From Callorhinchus milii (Eukaryota), in contig NW_024704742.1 in assembly GCF_018977255.1 (NCBI RefSeq), forward strand, positions 372,001 to 436,000: DNA of 64,000 nucleotides, in the 5' to 3' direction. Numbering within the stretch: the stretch's first letter is position 1; every line of letters begins with the position of its first letter. The notes beneath the pieces are model-generated. The model did not search any database, had not been told where the DNA came from, and saw only the letters and a program-made list of their open reading frames with translations. Made by a program: the position numbers and the translations under genes. Positions 23,376 to 36,321 of this stretch are shown here, in pieces.

Positions 23376-25322
23376 GTAAATGGAAGAAGCTGCAGTAACC
23401 ATGAGCAGATGTCATTTGTCATGGGCAGTAAATTGAATGGCACAGATTGAATTTTCTTAATGACTGAGTAGGGATGGGATTGATCGGGATAAGTCTAGGC
23501 AGCCCCGGGTAAAGATTCCATGAAAAATGATGGTTCCTTTGCAGCCAGGATTAGAAGAGCATTATTTGTGGAAACAATTGACTAGAATTGGACAGTGGAG
23601 ATGGGTTGATATTCTAGAGTTTCACGTGGATACCCTTAGGATTCTTTCAGAAATTATGTAAAAAAAAATTGTCTTCCAGAGATTAAGGAAGTGAAGCTCA
23701 CGAAAGGATAGGTTGTACATAGGCTGTGGAAGGAGTGTTTAATAAGATGGAAGAATGATATGNTTTTTTTTCCCATTTCATATTTTTTCATGTTCTGAAT
23801 AAAGATCTCACCATGAATTCTTTCAATCCCTTTATTGCCTGAATTTCTTTTTTTAAAGCCGGACTACAATATTCCAATACAATCGATTGTCTACAAAATT
23901 GTCCATAGTTCCATATATTAATAAGTAGATGCCTGTATTATTGCTGAAATGTTTAAATTGTAAAAGTTGTCCATAATTCAGTGATCCTCAGTGGTTTGAC
24001 GTACAATGTAAAATTAGGTATGATGTAACTTAAGACACACAAGGCCAGAATTTATATTTCAACTTGCTGATTGATCGTCGAAGGGTCTTGAATACAGAGA
24101 AATCTGATTTCTCTGAACTCGCCCATTTCTTCCAAAAAGTTACTTACAACCTACTCTCTGTATTCAGTTTATGCTCCTAAAATGTATTATAACTCTAATA
24201 TAAACTGTTTTTATTTGTTACAATGAACTTTTCAGTGGGGTCTAATATGTGGTCTCTTTCTTTCTCTGCTTCCCACTCGGTTTCCCCCGCACTGTTTTCA
24301 TATCCTGCTAACCAGCAGCTGAAAGTCACAACCCCTCATGTGCAGGGATCGCTGTACATCAGGGCTTCTCTACATTTAAACCACAAGTTAGACTCAATTA
24401 TAACCTACAGTATTTGGTTTAAAAAATAGTCTTAGAAATCAACTTTTGACATGTTGCTTTTCCCACCCTCTTCCTCTCCTGATGTCACAGATATTTGCTG
24501 AAGTACAGGACCATATGCACCAGTATTTATCTCTGTATTTTGTCCCTTTTTCAGTTTTAAGCATCGGTTGGCTATTCAACTGATGGGTTCATTACAATTG
24601 ATGTCAATCTTGCTCTCATGCTGTAAGCACTTATAGAAAGGGTCACATCATAGCAGTAACAGTAATCGTTTCTTTTGGTATTGTCTGGGGATGTTTCAAA
24701 GCGCTTCACAGGATTTACTCTAATGTGTGGGACTGTGTAACTCTGCAAAGAATGGCCAGTCTTCTTAAGGCACTGTGAATTACATCACCCACTGAGCTCT
24801 TGAGAGAATCGGGCTTTGACATTTTGAAATGCCACTTATGTTCTCTTTTTAAAGTTCAAGGCGCAATCCATTTTTTCAATTCAAAACTCGAGCAAATGTC
24901 AATTGGCGAGGATCTACGAAACATTCCAAGTAACGTGTTCAGATATCATTCCAGTGCCACATGTGCAAATTAAATTGTGTCAGTGTTCCATAACATTTTA
25001 CTTTGGGACATTTATCTGCTGGTGCTTTCAAAGTATCCGTATTTCGCCTCACATCATTTACAAACTTATTTTCTGTTAAATTTCAATCTCTGATGGTTTT
25101 AAATCACCAGGAATGTACAGACTAGAGATTATTTCTACTTTTATAATATTCAGTGTAAATTTCTCCTCTTTCTGAGTTTTCAAATGGTTCATGAATGAGT
25201 GACATTAAAAGGGAGAATTCTACCTTTATTCATGCAGACGCGAGGATGTGAAATAATATTGCCTGTTTTATTAAGATAAATTTTTCTGTACAATGGAATA
25301 ATTTTTTTTTCATTTTGCACAG

Positions 25323-25495
25323 GTTTAACCTATAATCTGCCTACAATACCATCTGCTTCTGACTTTAATACAGTACTATCTAGCGACCAGAACACACTGG
25401 ATGGCACGCAGTCTCAGAACAGTACCAGCCAAGATGACATTGCGGCTTTTGAGAGGAATCAGGGGCCGCCTGCTGTTCAGCTGGCTGACGCACAG
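25323..25495 (+). CDS. BLTP1: BLTP1 exon w21 (173 nt)
   Basis: acag|GLTYNLPTIPSASDFNTVLSSDQNTLDG...VQLADAQ|gtaata. Confidence 0.94.
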
Positions 25496-25923
25496 GTAAT
25501 ACGAGACTGTGTTTTGACTCATAAACATGTTATAAACACATTTATGCTGGGTACGGGTTGCAGAACCAATGGTAAGAAGAGCGTTACCCGTTTGAATGAA
25601 ATGGCACTCATGACACTGCGTCGTTCATTTTATAGAAATATTAGCTCCAGGCTGTCTTCTGCACGTTGCCCATAATCCTGATGGCCTAACGAGTCAGATG
25701 TTACTTCTCTCGCTTCTAAAATCTGCACTGAACTGGATGTGGAGGATTGACAGTGTTACCTGATTGCCAGGCAACTTTCTTCTCCCGCTGTTCGCCAGCT
25801 ACTTTTATTTTGCTTCCTGTTTCCACTCTTGCTCCAAAAGTGTGAAACGTAATGACATTCAGTGATTGGCACTGTTCGTTTAGGGATCTGGAGAGAGTTC
25901 CAGCTGCCTGCAGGACCCAGAGC

Positions 25924-25951
25924 TCTGTCTGTCTGTCTGTCTGTCTGTCTG
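25924..25951. repeat. (TCTG)n microsatellite
   Basis: tctgtctgtctgtctgtctgtctgtctg. Confidence 0.9.
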
Positions 25952-26019
25952 CTCACTCGCCTGCCTGTCACAGCAACTTAACGAAAGTGGGGTTTGCTTT
26001 AAGCCCTCAGAGATGCTTC

Positions 26020-26168
26020 TATAGATTTTTAAAAACTAAAGGGATTAAGGGATATGGGGATAGGCGGGTAAATGGAATTAGGTTAGAAGATCAGCCATGA
26101 TCTTAGTAAATGGCGGGACACAGGCTCGAGGGGCTGAATGGCGTACTCCTGCTCTTATTTCTTATGTT
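26020..26168 (+). mobile_element. CR1-type LINE 3' terminus
   Basis: gggattaagggatatgggga..gatcagccatgatc..ggctcgaggggctgaatggc..ctcctgctcttatttcttatgttc, resembles remembered chondrichthyan CR1 tail. Confidence 0.7.
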
Positions 26169-26274
26169 CCCCCCCATGAGGGGTGCTATAGAAATGCAAG
26201 TTGTTGCTGCTTCTTAAAGGGACGGCAGGGCTCCTGTTGCAATTAACATGATAAAATCAACCAGGTACAAGTCG

Positions 26275-26643
26275 TAATAATAATCCTTGCATTTGATATC
26301 GTGCCTTATCACGTCTCTTGAGATGTCTCAAAGCGCTTCACAGGATATACTGTAAAGTGAATTGATTGTATATTTGTGGGCGAAACACGGCAGCCAATTG
26401 CACATAACAGCGTTCCACAAACAGTCGTAGATTGAGTGACCAATTTTTTAAAAAAAATTGAAAGAATTATTACCCCCAGAAAAGCGATCCGCCAATTGAC
26501 TAACAACTGGGTTCCTACTTAACGCCGGGTAAACTGAGGCGTGTGGAGTAAGGAAACTTGCCCAAGGTTTTGCCCTGCCGGGAATCAAACCCAGGTCTCT
26601 CGCTTGTGAGGCGAGCGCTCTAACCACTGAGCTACAGGACTCC
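26275..26643 (-). mobile_element. tRNA-Ala-derived SINE, full length, longer subfamily
   Basis: Head and tail intact; extra internal segment cctcagtttaccc..gtaggaacccagttgttagtcaattggc. Confidence 0.9.
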
Positions 26644-27004
26644 ACGAGTAGCAAAGCATATGCCACTTGTGTAAAATTTTAATTAAATTAAATTAATGTA
26701 CTGGTTTATATCCCACCAACATCTGGCAGTTTATATTCAGCAAACCAATTGTATTACGCTTCGTACACCTAAAAGGTTCACCATAACAGTCGTCTTGAGT
26801 CATGGTGAATATGGTTTCAATGTCGTACTACTGCACGCCTTCAAAGAGACCCAGAATGCTATTTATCATTGATAATTTTCTCAGTTACTATAAATTGTTG
26901 TAAATGCAGTGTATCTATCTGATTCTGATAAGATTTTTAAAAAAATTTTAAAAAAATTATTGGTGGGACCAAAATTTAACTGTTTCCATAAAAAAAATCC
27001 ACAG

Positions 27005-27174
27005 GTTGTCTTCAAGCCTTTGCTGAATCATATTGGAATACAGTCACAAGATGTCGTACCACTGACTTATGGCATGTATTTTGGGGAACATTTGTCATTC
27101 TCTGGAAGTCTGGACTGCCTAAGGTCAGATATTGTTGACTCGGACACAAAAGAAAGCAAGACCTGGAGAACAAG
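27005..27174 (+). CDS. BLTP1: BLTP1 exon w22 (170 nt)
   Basis: acag|VVFKPLL...YFGEHLSFSG...WRTR|gtactt. Confidence 0.93.
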
Positions 27175-27515
27175 GTACTTAATATAAGCTAAGCCTTTAA
27201 ACTAAGGGTGTTTGGTTTTGGTTGTGAATGGATGGGACCAGTTGTGGGCCGAAAGCAGGTGTGATCCACAGAAGATATTTTTTATTGCCAATGTTGCAAA
27301 TATTTTGATCTTGCGCACATCAAGCAAAAATATTTATAGATATACTATATTGTGAACAGTCCTTCACATGTCTATCTCCTATAAATGTCGATTTGTACGA
27401 AATTTTAATCATTTAGTACGTGATTAATAACCCACTATGATGGCAACTTTTTTGCGTCTCCTTGAAAGTGCATTGAAAGTGCGTGTTGAATCTTTATCAT
27501 TCTTTGTCATTTCAG

Positions 27516-28225
27516 GCAAGGCCCAATAATAAGCATTCCACCTCTCGACTTCAAACCAGCACTAATGTTCAACACCTTCTGCATAAATGCTGTTGTGATG
27601 GACAGATCAACTTGCAATCAAAACTCAAACAATGCACTTTCTTTCCACGACCTGAGCAGGCGTCACCACAACACTTTCCATGTTAATTTCACAATTTCCT
27701 GCCAGTCAATCAGCCAGCACGTGGACATGGCTCTTGTTCGCCTCATTCACCAATTCAGCACCATGGTTGATGACATCAAGGCCACTCAGACGGACATTAA
27801 GCTCAGTAGGTATACAGCTGGGTCTGCCTCTCCCACCCCGACCTTTAAATCACGTAAGCATCGGGATTTCCGGTCATCGGATTTCAGTCGTAGTTCTCGA
27901 GGCAGCCTTAACGGAGGCTACAGAGGAAATAGCACAAAAACAAACAAAAAACTGGGAAATGACAACAACAAAAGAGAACTGCGCAACAAAAGCGCATCCA
28001 CTCGGACAGAGAGAAGGACATCCAAGGTCTCCAGGAAAGGTTCAAAGGACGCAGATCATGTAACTATTCACATGGATGACTCTGACTCGATCACTGTGTC
28101 GGAGCAAAGTGAACCTTCTGCAGAGTGCTGGCAGAATATGTACAAACTCCTTAACTTCTACTCACTGATATCAGATCCCACTGGAATTCTGGAAAAATCT
28201 TCCCGTGATGCACTAAGTCCCACAG
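27516..28225 (+). CDS. BLTP1: BLTP1 exon w23 (710 nt)
   Basis: tcag|QGPIISIPPLDFKPALM...QHVDMALVRLIHQFS...ALSPT|gtgaga. Confidence 0.95.
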
Positions 28226-29667
28226 GTGAGAGTCATTCTGTTGTCCTTGAGTTCTCAATAGAGGAAAACAGATTTTGATGTGATTATACTGTGTTTATGG
28301 ATAGAGCACGTGATAGTGGTTTGCCTCGCTACCGTACGAGCAATATATCTTGAGCCTGAGACAACACTAATCACTCTTGATGCTACCACCTCCAGGAGCA
28401 TTGCAGTTTGCACCTGGGAATCTTAAATAAGAGCAGTACAGACTGGACTCATTTCCCCTTCTCTACTCGAATGCTCAAACAGTTCATTAGGCAATTTACT
28501 GTGTGGCCAATTTAATAATGCTAAAGTATAAAAACCTGAATTTGGTTCATGTTATGCCTTTGTCCCCAAAGCACACATAGGCACAATGTCAAACTCGGGT
28601 GTGTCAATTTCTCCTGATGTGCTAGCCCACAATCCTCTGATTAACAATTGGTCGTTCACTTGGTTGCTGTTTGTGGGATTATTGCCTGTTGCGTTTACTT
28701 ACAAAAAATCAGTTTCAAAAACATCAAATGCAAAGATTACTGTTATTAAAAGGCTTTCCATTGTATTAACCTCTTGTACCCCACTCCTCTCCTATTCTTA
28801 GTTAGGATCAGATATAAAGGACGGAACTATAAATCCAGCCATGCTGCTTTGATATCCATTGCTGGGTTTACAGAGCCTTAACTGGCCATTTTTTAATCAT
28901 CCTGCCCTGAATCCATATTCATTTATTTGTTCCTGAATACAAGATCGGTTGATTCCTGTTCAAACACGTGAATGTTATTATTTGTGAGCTGCACTATAGG
29001 TAGCAGCATTTTCCGTAAGGAAACTCTAATGGAGAGCTTATTCATTACATTTTAACATGATTCCCCCTCACTTGTATTCTCAACCTGTAGCTTCTTGGCC
29101 CTCTTAAGGGTAAAGGATATCTACATTAACTTTTGATTCTGTTCATTATTGTAATGAATTCTGTTCATTATTGTAAATACTTAGAACATTTCTTTCATAG
29201 ATGTTTTTTTTTACAAAGAATTTAGCTTCGTTAGTGATCCGAACTTTAGAATTGGTCTTATTGTCCTTTTCTGAGTTCCTTGTGCTGCCTGTAGTACTTC
29301 TAAGTAGAGTAAGCATATATGGGTGCAGTACGTACATTGAGCATAGGTTATTTTTCTGACCAGGAAAATAAAAGTCTGTCATTTTTATACAATTCTACCC
29401 CTTTTATTGAGGTTTTACCTGTCATATATTTATCACAAGTAAATCTTCATATTCCTGGAAGTGCGAGGTTGTCTTAACTACTTTCACTTGGTGATAGTCC
29501 TGGACTCCTGGACACCAGTGCAGTACTGAAAACTTGTAATATTGCAGTCTTAATTACAGTGTTTTTTTCTCCATTTTTTACAATGGAAAATAATTCATAA
29601 TTTGTTGTATGACTATAAATCTACAGTGTTTAGTGTTTGGATTCTAATGAAATTACTGTATCTATAG

Positions 29668-29919
29668 AAATGTGTAACAGAAGCCCTACAGAACCTGCTT
29701 GCAGAGTCATTTTTGAAAATGAACAGGACAGCTCAAGCCCAAACAAACTATCCCGAAAGCGAAGCTTGGTCAATACTGAACCCCAGCATGTTACCCTCAT
29801 AGTCTTCGGGGTTGGTATGGTCAACCGTACACACCTGGAGGCAGACATTGGTGGCTTAACAATGGAGGCAGAGCTTAAGAAGATTCATGGAAGTTTTACT
29901 GTGAAGGAGAAAATGAAAG
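29668..29919 (+). CDS. BLTP1: BLTP1 exon w24 (252 nt)
   Basis: atag|EMCNRSPTEP...THLEADIGGLTME...KEKMK|gtaacg. Confidence 0.92.
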
Positions 29920-30599
29920 GTAACGGGAACAAAACTGAGTAACTGAGACACGAACCAGGATTAGATTCTACCAGAAATTAACATAGTTTTATTAAGTGGG
30001 GGCAAAATGCAAAGTGTTTGAAAAGTAAACACAAGCAAAGGAATACAAGCCAATGTTTGGTTTATAAGAATCTTAAAATGAAGGTCTTCAAATCTTCTTT
30101 CAAATTCGCAACACGCTGACATGTTCCTTTAGTTAAAATGTTATTGAATAATTCTGTGAGTATTTTGCCATTTTCGGGGATTTATTATCAGGCTGTGATC
30201 TGCAGGAGATTTGTATCAAATTCATATTAGGTGCCAATAAAGAATGTTAGCAGATACTTTGCAACTTACCAGGAAATGTTAAATGCACCAATTGTTTGTT
30301 GTGACACTGTTTGCATAGTAATAAACGTAATGCATAATCTACAAAACGCCCCAGGTGTGGAACTCAGAGACGCACCTTTCCCCCCCTCCCAATCGCGACT
30401 GACGCCTTGGGAGAGAGAGCGTGGAATTCACCCCTCTTCTGTGAACCTAACATAGAAAAACACTATTAAACAAAAAAAGGAATACAGCAAATGTTATCCC
30501 CACCAGCGGCTTCTAATTATTCCTGCAATTTTTTTATCTGTTTTGTGAGATTTTAATTTGTTTCGCGGCTGACGGTCTCCCTATTTGTGTTTACTTCAG

Positions 30600-30693
30600 A
30601 CGTTTTGCACCAAAAGATGACTGAGACGTGTGCAACTGCTCACATAGGCGGTGTCAACATAGTACTGCTGGAGGGCATAACGCCAAACATACA
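30600..30693 (+). CDS. BLTP1: BLTP1 exon w25 (94 nt)
   Basis: tcag|DVLHQKMTETCATAHIGGVNIVLLEGITPNIQ|gtgagt. Confidence 0.94.
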
Positions 30694-30928
30694 GTGAGTA
30701 AAGAGTGAAGTTACTGTAGAACAATTCTGACGATACACACTTTTGAAAACAAAAGAAGTTCACTGAATTGTCACATTTATTCTCTGATCCTTTTGCTGAT
30801 CCATTATGTTTCCGGTTGTATATTTTGCTGGTTATCACTGAGCTCCACCCAGACTATTGTTTTTAAATACTGAAATGGAGAAAGGGTACCTGTTGTTTTA
30901 GGTGTATCTACAGAGCGACCTTCTTTTA

Positions 30929-31311
30929 ATACAGTTCGGTGGGTCCCCTGTCTCAGGCCCTGCGCAAGAATGAAGAGTGGGAAAATGTCTACCTTTTTGG
31001 GGACATCAGATCATGCTGACATCACTTCCTGTGCAGGTGCACCCCATCTTCCCATGCTCCAACGTGGCTGAGTTCTGGATCATTGGGATGATGTTTCCTG
31101 TGCGCAGCTGACATCACTTCCTTAACGAAGTGACATCAGCGTCATGTCCTGTAGGCGCAGTGTGTGCAGGAAATGCATCGACGATGATCTGCTGATCCTG
31201 ATCCGGGCCTTTTCTTTAACACGTGGGAAACGGCTGCATGTCCACAGTCCACCTTACTCGTAGGTGAACCTGACTTACAAGGGGTCCCTAGTAATGGGTT
31301 TGCCCTGTATT
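30929..31311. mobile_element. Palindromic MITE-like element (tentative)
   Basis: Ends taatacag/ctgtatta are inverted; internal inverted repeats centred near 31123; GC-rich against AT-rich flanks. Confidence 0.4.
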
Positions 31312-33411
31312 AATTAACAGGATTAACGACTGATTATGCAGTTTTGTTTGAAAAATGTAATCATTTCGTAGTTTTGACTGTTTCCTAAAGTTTCCATGTA
31401 ATTATGTCCTGGATATTTATTTTCTGGTTTTTTGCTCGGATTGGTTTGTTTCTTGAATTTCTTTCTCCAAACGATTGGTTTTCATTGCTTTCCTCTTCGA
31501 ATGTTTTTTTTCGTTGTTAGGTTCAGTGCTAAGGTGCTTTTTTAAGATTTGTTTTTGATTGCTTGATTGATAAGGGATTATTGGCTTGAAAAAGTCTCTG
31601 TGTGGTTAAAATTGAACTTAGCTTTTTTTTTAAATATAAGGGTTATTATTTTCGCACTTTATGCAGCAAGAAGTAAATAAATAATAATTTATTAAAGTAA
31701 TTAGTTGCAGCAGACTCTGATTCTAATTCCATTGGCTCCTAATCCCATCGCGGTGGGATTCAGGAGAGTTTTCTACACGTTATTATGCACGTCACTGCGA
31801 GATGCTCTGAAGTGAAAGTGATCTGAAGTGACAGGCCTTACTATGGGAATGTCTGAGTCCTTAAGTGATCATTTATTTTGTACTTTATCATATTTTTAAT
31901 CTTTTTTTACAGGTTTATTCTGTCTTTCATTTAAAGCTGATTTTGTATTTGTTTCCCAGTGATTTACTCCTTACGTGGGTTGACTCGACGATATACATAG
32001 TTCACTGTGTATTTTTGCTTGATTTCCTTTTATTATCATGTTAAAATTTCTGCACTTTTAATTGTTGTCAACTTTTCTGACCCATTTACTGTTACGTCTT
32101 TCCATGGGGTATTATTTCTGTTCTCTCATTCTGTTTTGTTTTACTATTACTTATGTTTTCTCATTATTATTTGAAAAATTCAAAAATGTTTGTGCATCTC
32201 ATAAGTCTGGAGCACTTTCTGTTGTGGCATTCCTAAATATGAATCTAAGTCTAGGGAAGTACTGTACTTTATGTTCAAAGTAACGTTCCTTGGCATTGGG
32301 AACATGGTTTACTTGTACGTATGAAATCCAGAAATCCAGAAACACTTTGAACAGAAAGATGGTGCTCAGCTACAATGGGAGAGATAATTATTATTAATAA
32401 TAAGCTTGCATTTGATATGGCGCCTTATCACGTCGTTGAGACGTCTCAAAGCGCTTAATAGAATATACTGTAAAGTGAATTGACTGTATTTTGTGGGTGA
32501 AATAAATAATATTTCTTAATGTGTGCTCCATTGTGGCCAGGATTTACTAAGGAACTCAATAATAGATGCTACAACACATTACGTAGGAGGGTTAGGGAGC
32601 TCAGATAGACCCATACACCACGCCTCTCTGGTCTGAGTGAATACTTTCAAAGTGTTGCTTTGATTCCTCTGCAATTTAGCAAATGTAGAAACACAGTTGA
32701 AATATTGTAGTACCACAGCACTCTCTCTCAGAAATGTTTAAATATCTGTAATTCTGAGATGTGAGAACAAAATTGGGTCATAATGATTTCTCGCACATCA
32801 ATGGGATTAAAAAAAAATGTTCAAACAGACACAGAACTAAATAGTGAAACTTTGTATATCTAATATGTTGTGGTGGTCCATGTTCTATTGCTTGTTACAG
32901 CCGTTTAGTTTAGATGCATTGTATTCATTATAATTGTATTATAAATTGTTTTGCGTCTTGTTTTTTTTTAAAAAAACTCTTCTATTCATTATACCTTTTG
33001 AGTTACTCCTACTTACAAACAGAATCAGTCGGTGCACAAAAGATCAGTACATTATGGATGCCTATGCGCTAACTCTCATTGTTTTATAAATTTTTACAGT
33101 TATCCTTTTATGGTTAATGTGGTAACCCTTAGTGTGTGTCGTCTTGTAGTCAAATTATTGACCAGTTTGTATAACTGAACAAAGTATTGTTTTCTGCATG
33201 TTCTACCCAGTTAATGGCAAAGCGTTTCTATTTAAATTGGGCACTTGTATTGTTGAGACATTCATAGATGTTCTGGAGCGCGAGACGAGAAAAGTACAAA
33301 TCTGCATACTAAGGGTTTCACTCTTTTATACTGAAGATATCTGCATGAATGTCTATACTTCATTTGCTCTCTTTTTATTTTTCTTGCTTTCTCTACTATC
33401 ATCTTGCATAG

Positions 33412-33462
33412 GCTGGAGGATTTTCCTACTTCACCTACAAGTACAGTCAAACAAGAATTTCT
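33412..33462 (+). CDS. BLTP1: BLTP1 exon w26 (51 nt, symmetric phase 2)
   Basis: Long pyrimidine tract, atag|LEDFPTSPTSTVKQEFL|gtatgt; matches remembered human LEDFPTSPTSTAKQEFL. Confidence 0.9.
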
Positions 33463-34194
33463 GTATGTCAAATTACCATGATTTCAGGCTTGCATTTTTA
33501 ATTTTGTGGAAACACTAACAGGGCTCCATATGACATTAGTTCAGTGTTGCACTGTAATATTACATTTAAATCAATTTGGGGGGATATGGGGCAGATATTA
33601 TATTTTTAATTCCTTCCGTAGCGTCAATATTAGATCAATATTGCACTTTTTTAAAAATTGGAATATTGTGATCATTCTTTTGAATCTACAAGTATTAAAA
33701 GTAATAATTACCAAGTCAGTGAATTCTAAATACATCTGAACACTTAAGTGATATCATAGAAGAGACTTGTCTGTAACTGCGAGTCTGTGTGATGACTGAA
33801 ACGCCAACCTGTATGTCGCTGCATTTATTTTGCATATTTTTGCACTGCTTGTAAACAGAGTAGCACTAACCTCTGTTTTGAGCTTGCAGTTAACTAAACT
33901 GTGAGTTACAGCTATTAAAAGCATGATGTATTGCGAATGACCAAGTTGTAAATCAAAATGTTGTCAACTGCATGCCAAGTAAAGCCTGAATTGTGTTGTT
34001 AAATGTACTTTAATTGTGTTCAAAATCTAAGGTTAAATTAGTTCCATACCCTCTTCATATCTTTGACCGTAATGACTAGTTGCACACAAATCATTGTCTG
34101 TATAAATTGCTATGAATGCATTATACGTATAAAATCCCAGCTGTCCTGAAACGCTTAAGATCCATCTTCTAATCATTTGTATTTTCCTTTCCAG

Positions 34195-34401
34195 GACCGT
34201 GGTTAAATGCAGCATTGCCAAATCTCAGGCTCTTTATAGTGCCCAACGAGGGCTAAAGACCAACAACACAATGGTGATAAAAGTAGGAACCATTAGCATT
34301 AATATTCCACAGCATCCTGCTACACTGCACAGCATGATGGTTCGAAGCTCTCACCAGCTCTCTAAGCAGATTTCAGATCTCATTCGTCAGCCATCGACAA
34401 T
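34195..34401 (+). CDS. BLTP1: BLTP1 exon w27 (207 nt)
   Basis: ccag|TVVKCSIAKSQALYSAQRG...LIRQPST|gtaaat. Confidence 0.94.
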
Positions 34402-35277
34402 GTAAATATTCCTTTAAAACCATCTAAACGTACGGTGCAGTATAATATTAATATCTGAGGTAATTATGGGAAATAATGAAATCTCCAAAATTGTTCACTT
34501 GCGAGAGAAACCTTTTATAATTACGTAAGGTGCATATTGAGGTAATTCTGTGTTTTTAAGACAACAATTTAGACATGTGAGAATTTCTGAATCTCCCCAA
34601 ATATTGTTTTAACATGTTCTAAGGTAAAATTAGCCCATTAGAAGGTAACTTGCCAGACACAAAAGACCGAATGGCTTTCTATGCTGTAATTTCTGTTTGT
34701 AGAGAACAAAGTCTGACTGCTACATTAACTATATGCGTGATGTAGATTTTAAGCAGTCGGATTAGAGCTTCTGAAAACAAGGAAAAAGAAAATGCTTATG
34801 TAATATCAAAGATCACTTTCTCCAGCTTGGAAAGATTAGTTTTTGAGTGATGGAGTGCATGTAACAGAACTGATGTTGATTGTGTGGGATGTCACCCTGT
34901 GTGAGGGGTGCTGTATAAATGCAAGTTGGTGTTGTTGTGTGCAGTTTGAGGTGATGGTGTGGTACACTCATTTAAACTTCTCAAGCTAAACAAAACCAAA
35001 ACTATCGAAATATGTGATTTTAATCAGCAAGTACCTTGAAGACTATGATATTTTGGACGCATTATTTTTGTTCAGATCCAATTATTAGCCACAATAGAAG
35101 TAAGATTTTCCAAGTTTTTTTTAAAATTGTTTCCAGGTGCTAATAAAAGATATATTTGAGAAACTATTTTATTGCAACACCGAATTATTTCAAAGGTAAC
35201 TTTTCAGCAGTTAAATTCAAAAATATTTTTCAGAGCTCTTTTAGATGAGGGTCATACTTTATTTTCTTTAATTAAAG

Positions 35278-35519
35278 GAGTGGGCGATTATCAAAAGAGG
35301 ATCTTTCCACTCCCCTTCCTCCTGACAAGCCTCTTCCAAGTGTCAACCAGACACCAGTGGAGACAAATGAATTTCCTCAGCTTCCCGAAGGATTGGAGAA
35401 AAAACCAATTGTACTGAAATTCAGTGCCTTGTTGGATGGAATCACCATTGGGGCTGCATTACTGCCATCTCTGAAAGCAGAATACAAAATGGGTCGGATG
35501 AAAAGCCATGGCATGACGG
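35278..35519 (+). CDS. BLTP1: BLTP1 exon w28 (242 nt; alternative start 35281)
   Basis: aaag|SGRLSKEDLSTPLP...ETNEFPQLPEGLEKKP...SHGMT|gtaaga. Confidence 0.9.
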
Positions 35520-35864
35520 GTAAGAATCACTTGCACTGAAACCACTTGTGCACTTCTGAAGTACGCATCAACACACCAAGTTGCTAACTGTAGCCCCGCT
35601 GAAGGGTTAATATTAGACTTGTTTAGGAAAGATTTTTTTCAGATAAGTTGCAAATGAATGAAAACCCGATATTTACAACAAAACAAGTATCTTGCATGTC
35701 ACACTCTTAACTGTAGATTACATATTGTTATGGTGTTACTTTGTTTGTAGGTTCTAAAGAGCCTAGTAATTAATCTGCATTTTAAGTAAGAATCCAAACA
35801 TTTTTTAAATCAGAATTTTGAAAGAGATTTGCCCTCAATAAATATGTGTTCTTTCTGTCATTAG

Positions 35865-36109
35865 GAGCACAAACCCGGTTCACATTTGAGCTGCCCAATC
35901 ACAGATTGCGCTTCACATCCAAAGTCACACCTATTGATATGGCCACTTTGCCACCGTCAGCCAGCCTCAACCTCCCGCAGGTCACCATGTCCGGAGAATA
36001 CATCATGGAGGAACATGAGAGTTACCCAGAGCAACCATGGAGCACAGATGAGTTCCCTTTGAAACAAGGCAGCTATCTGCAGGGAAACTATTTGCGCTGT
36101 GTGGCTGAG
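35865..36109 (+). CDS. BLTP1: BLTP1 exon w29 (245 nt)
   Basis: ttag|GAQTRFTFELPNHRLRF...YLRCVAE|gtataa. Confidence 0.94.
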
Positions 36110-36215
36110 GTATAATTCATGCTAGAAAGTGCCTTTAACAATAGATTACCAAGTTGCACACAAATTGTGTGGAGACATCTTTCTTTAACTATCGACATTC
36201 GTTGCTTGTTTCTAG

Positions 36216-36321
36216 ATTGGATCCTTTGAACATAACTTAACAACAGATCTTCTGAATCAGCTAGTGTTTGTACAAAAAGTCTTCATGAAGGAGGTCAATG
36301 AAGTCATTCAGAAAGTCTCAG
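36216..36321 (+). CDS. BLTP1: BLTP1 exon w30 (106 nt)
   Basis: ctag|IGSFEHNLTTDLLNQLVFVQKVFMKEVNEVIQKVS|gtactg. Confidence 0.94.

Noticed and set aside
31521..31533. 13-nt microexon candidate (ttag|GTTCAGTGCTAAG|gtgctt)
   Set aside because: Not frame-preserving and the donor is weak; no other support.
33268..33314. 47-nt purine-rich pseudo-exon upstream of exon w26
   Set aside because: Frameshifting, and the in-frame alternative acceptor at 33258 gives a TAG stop.
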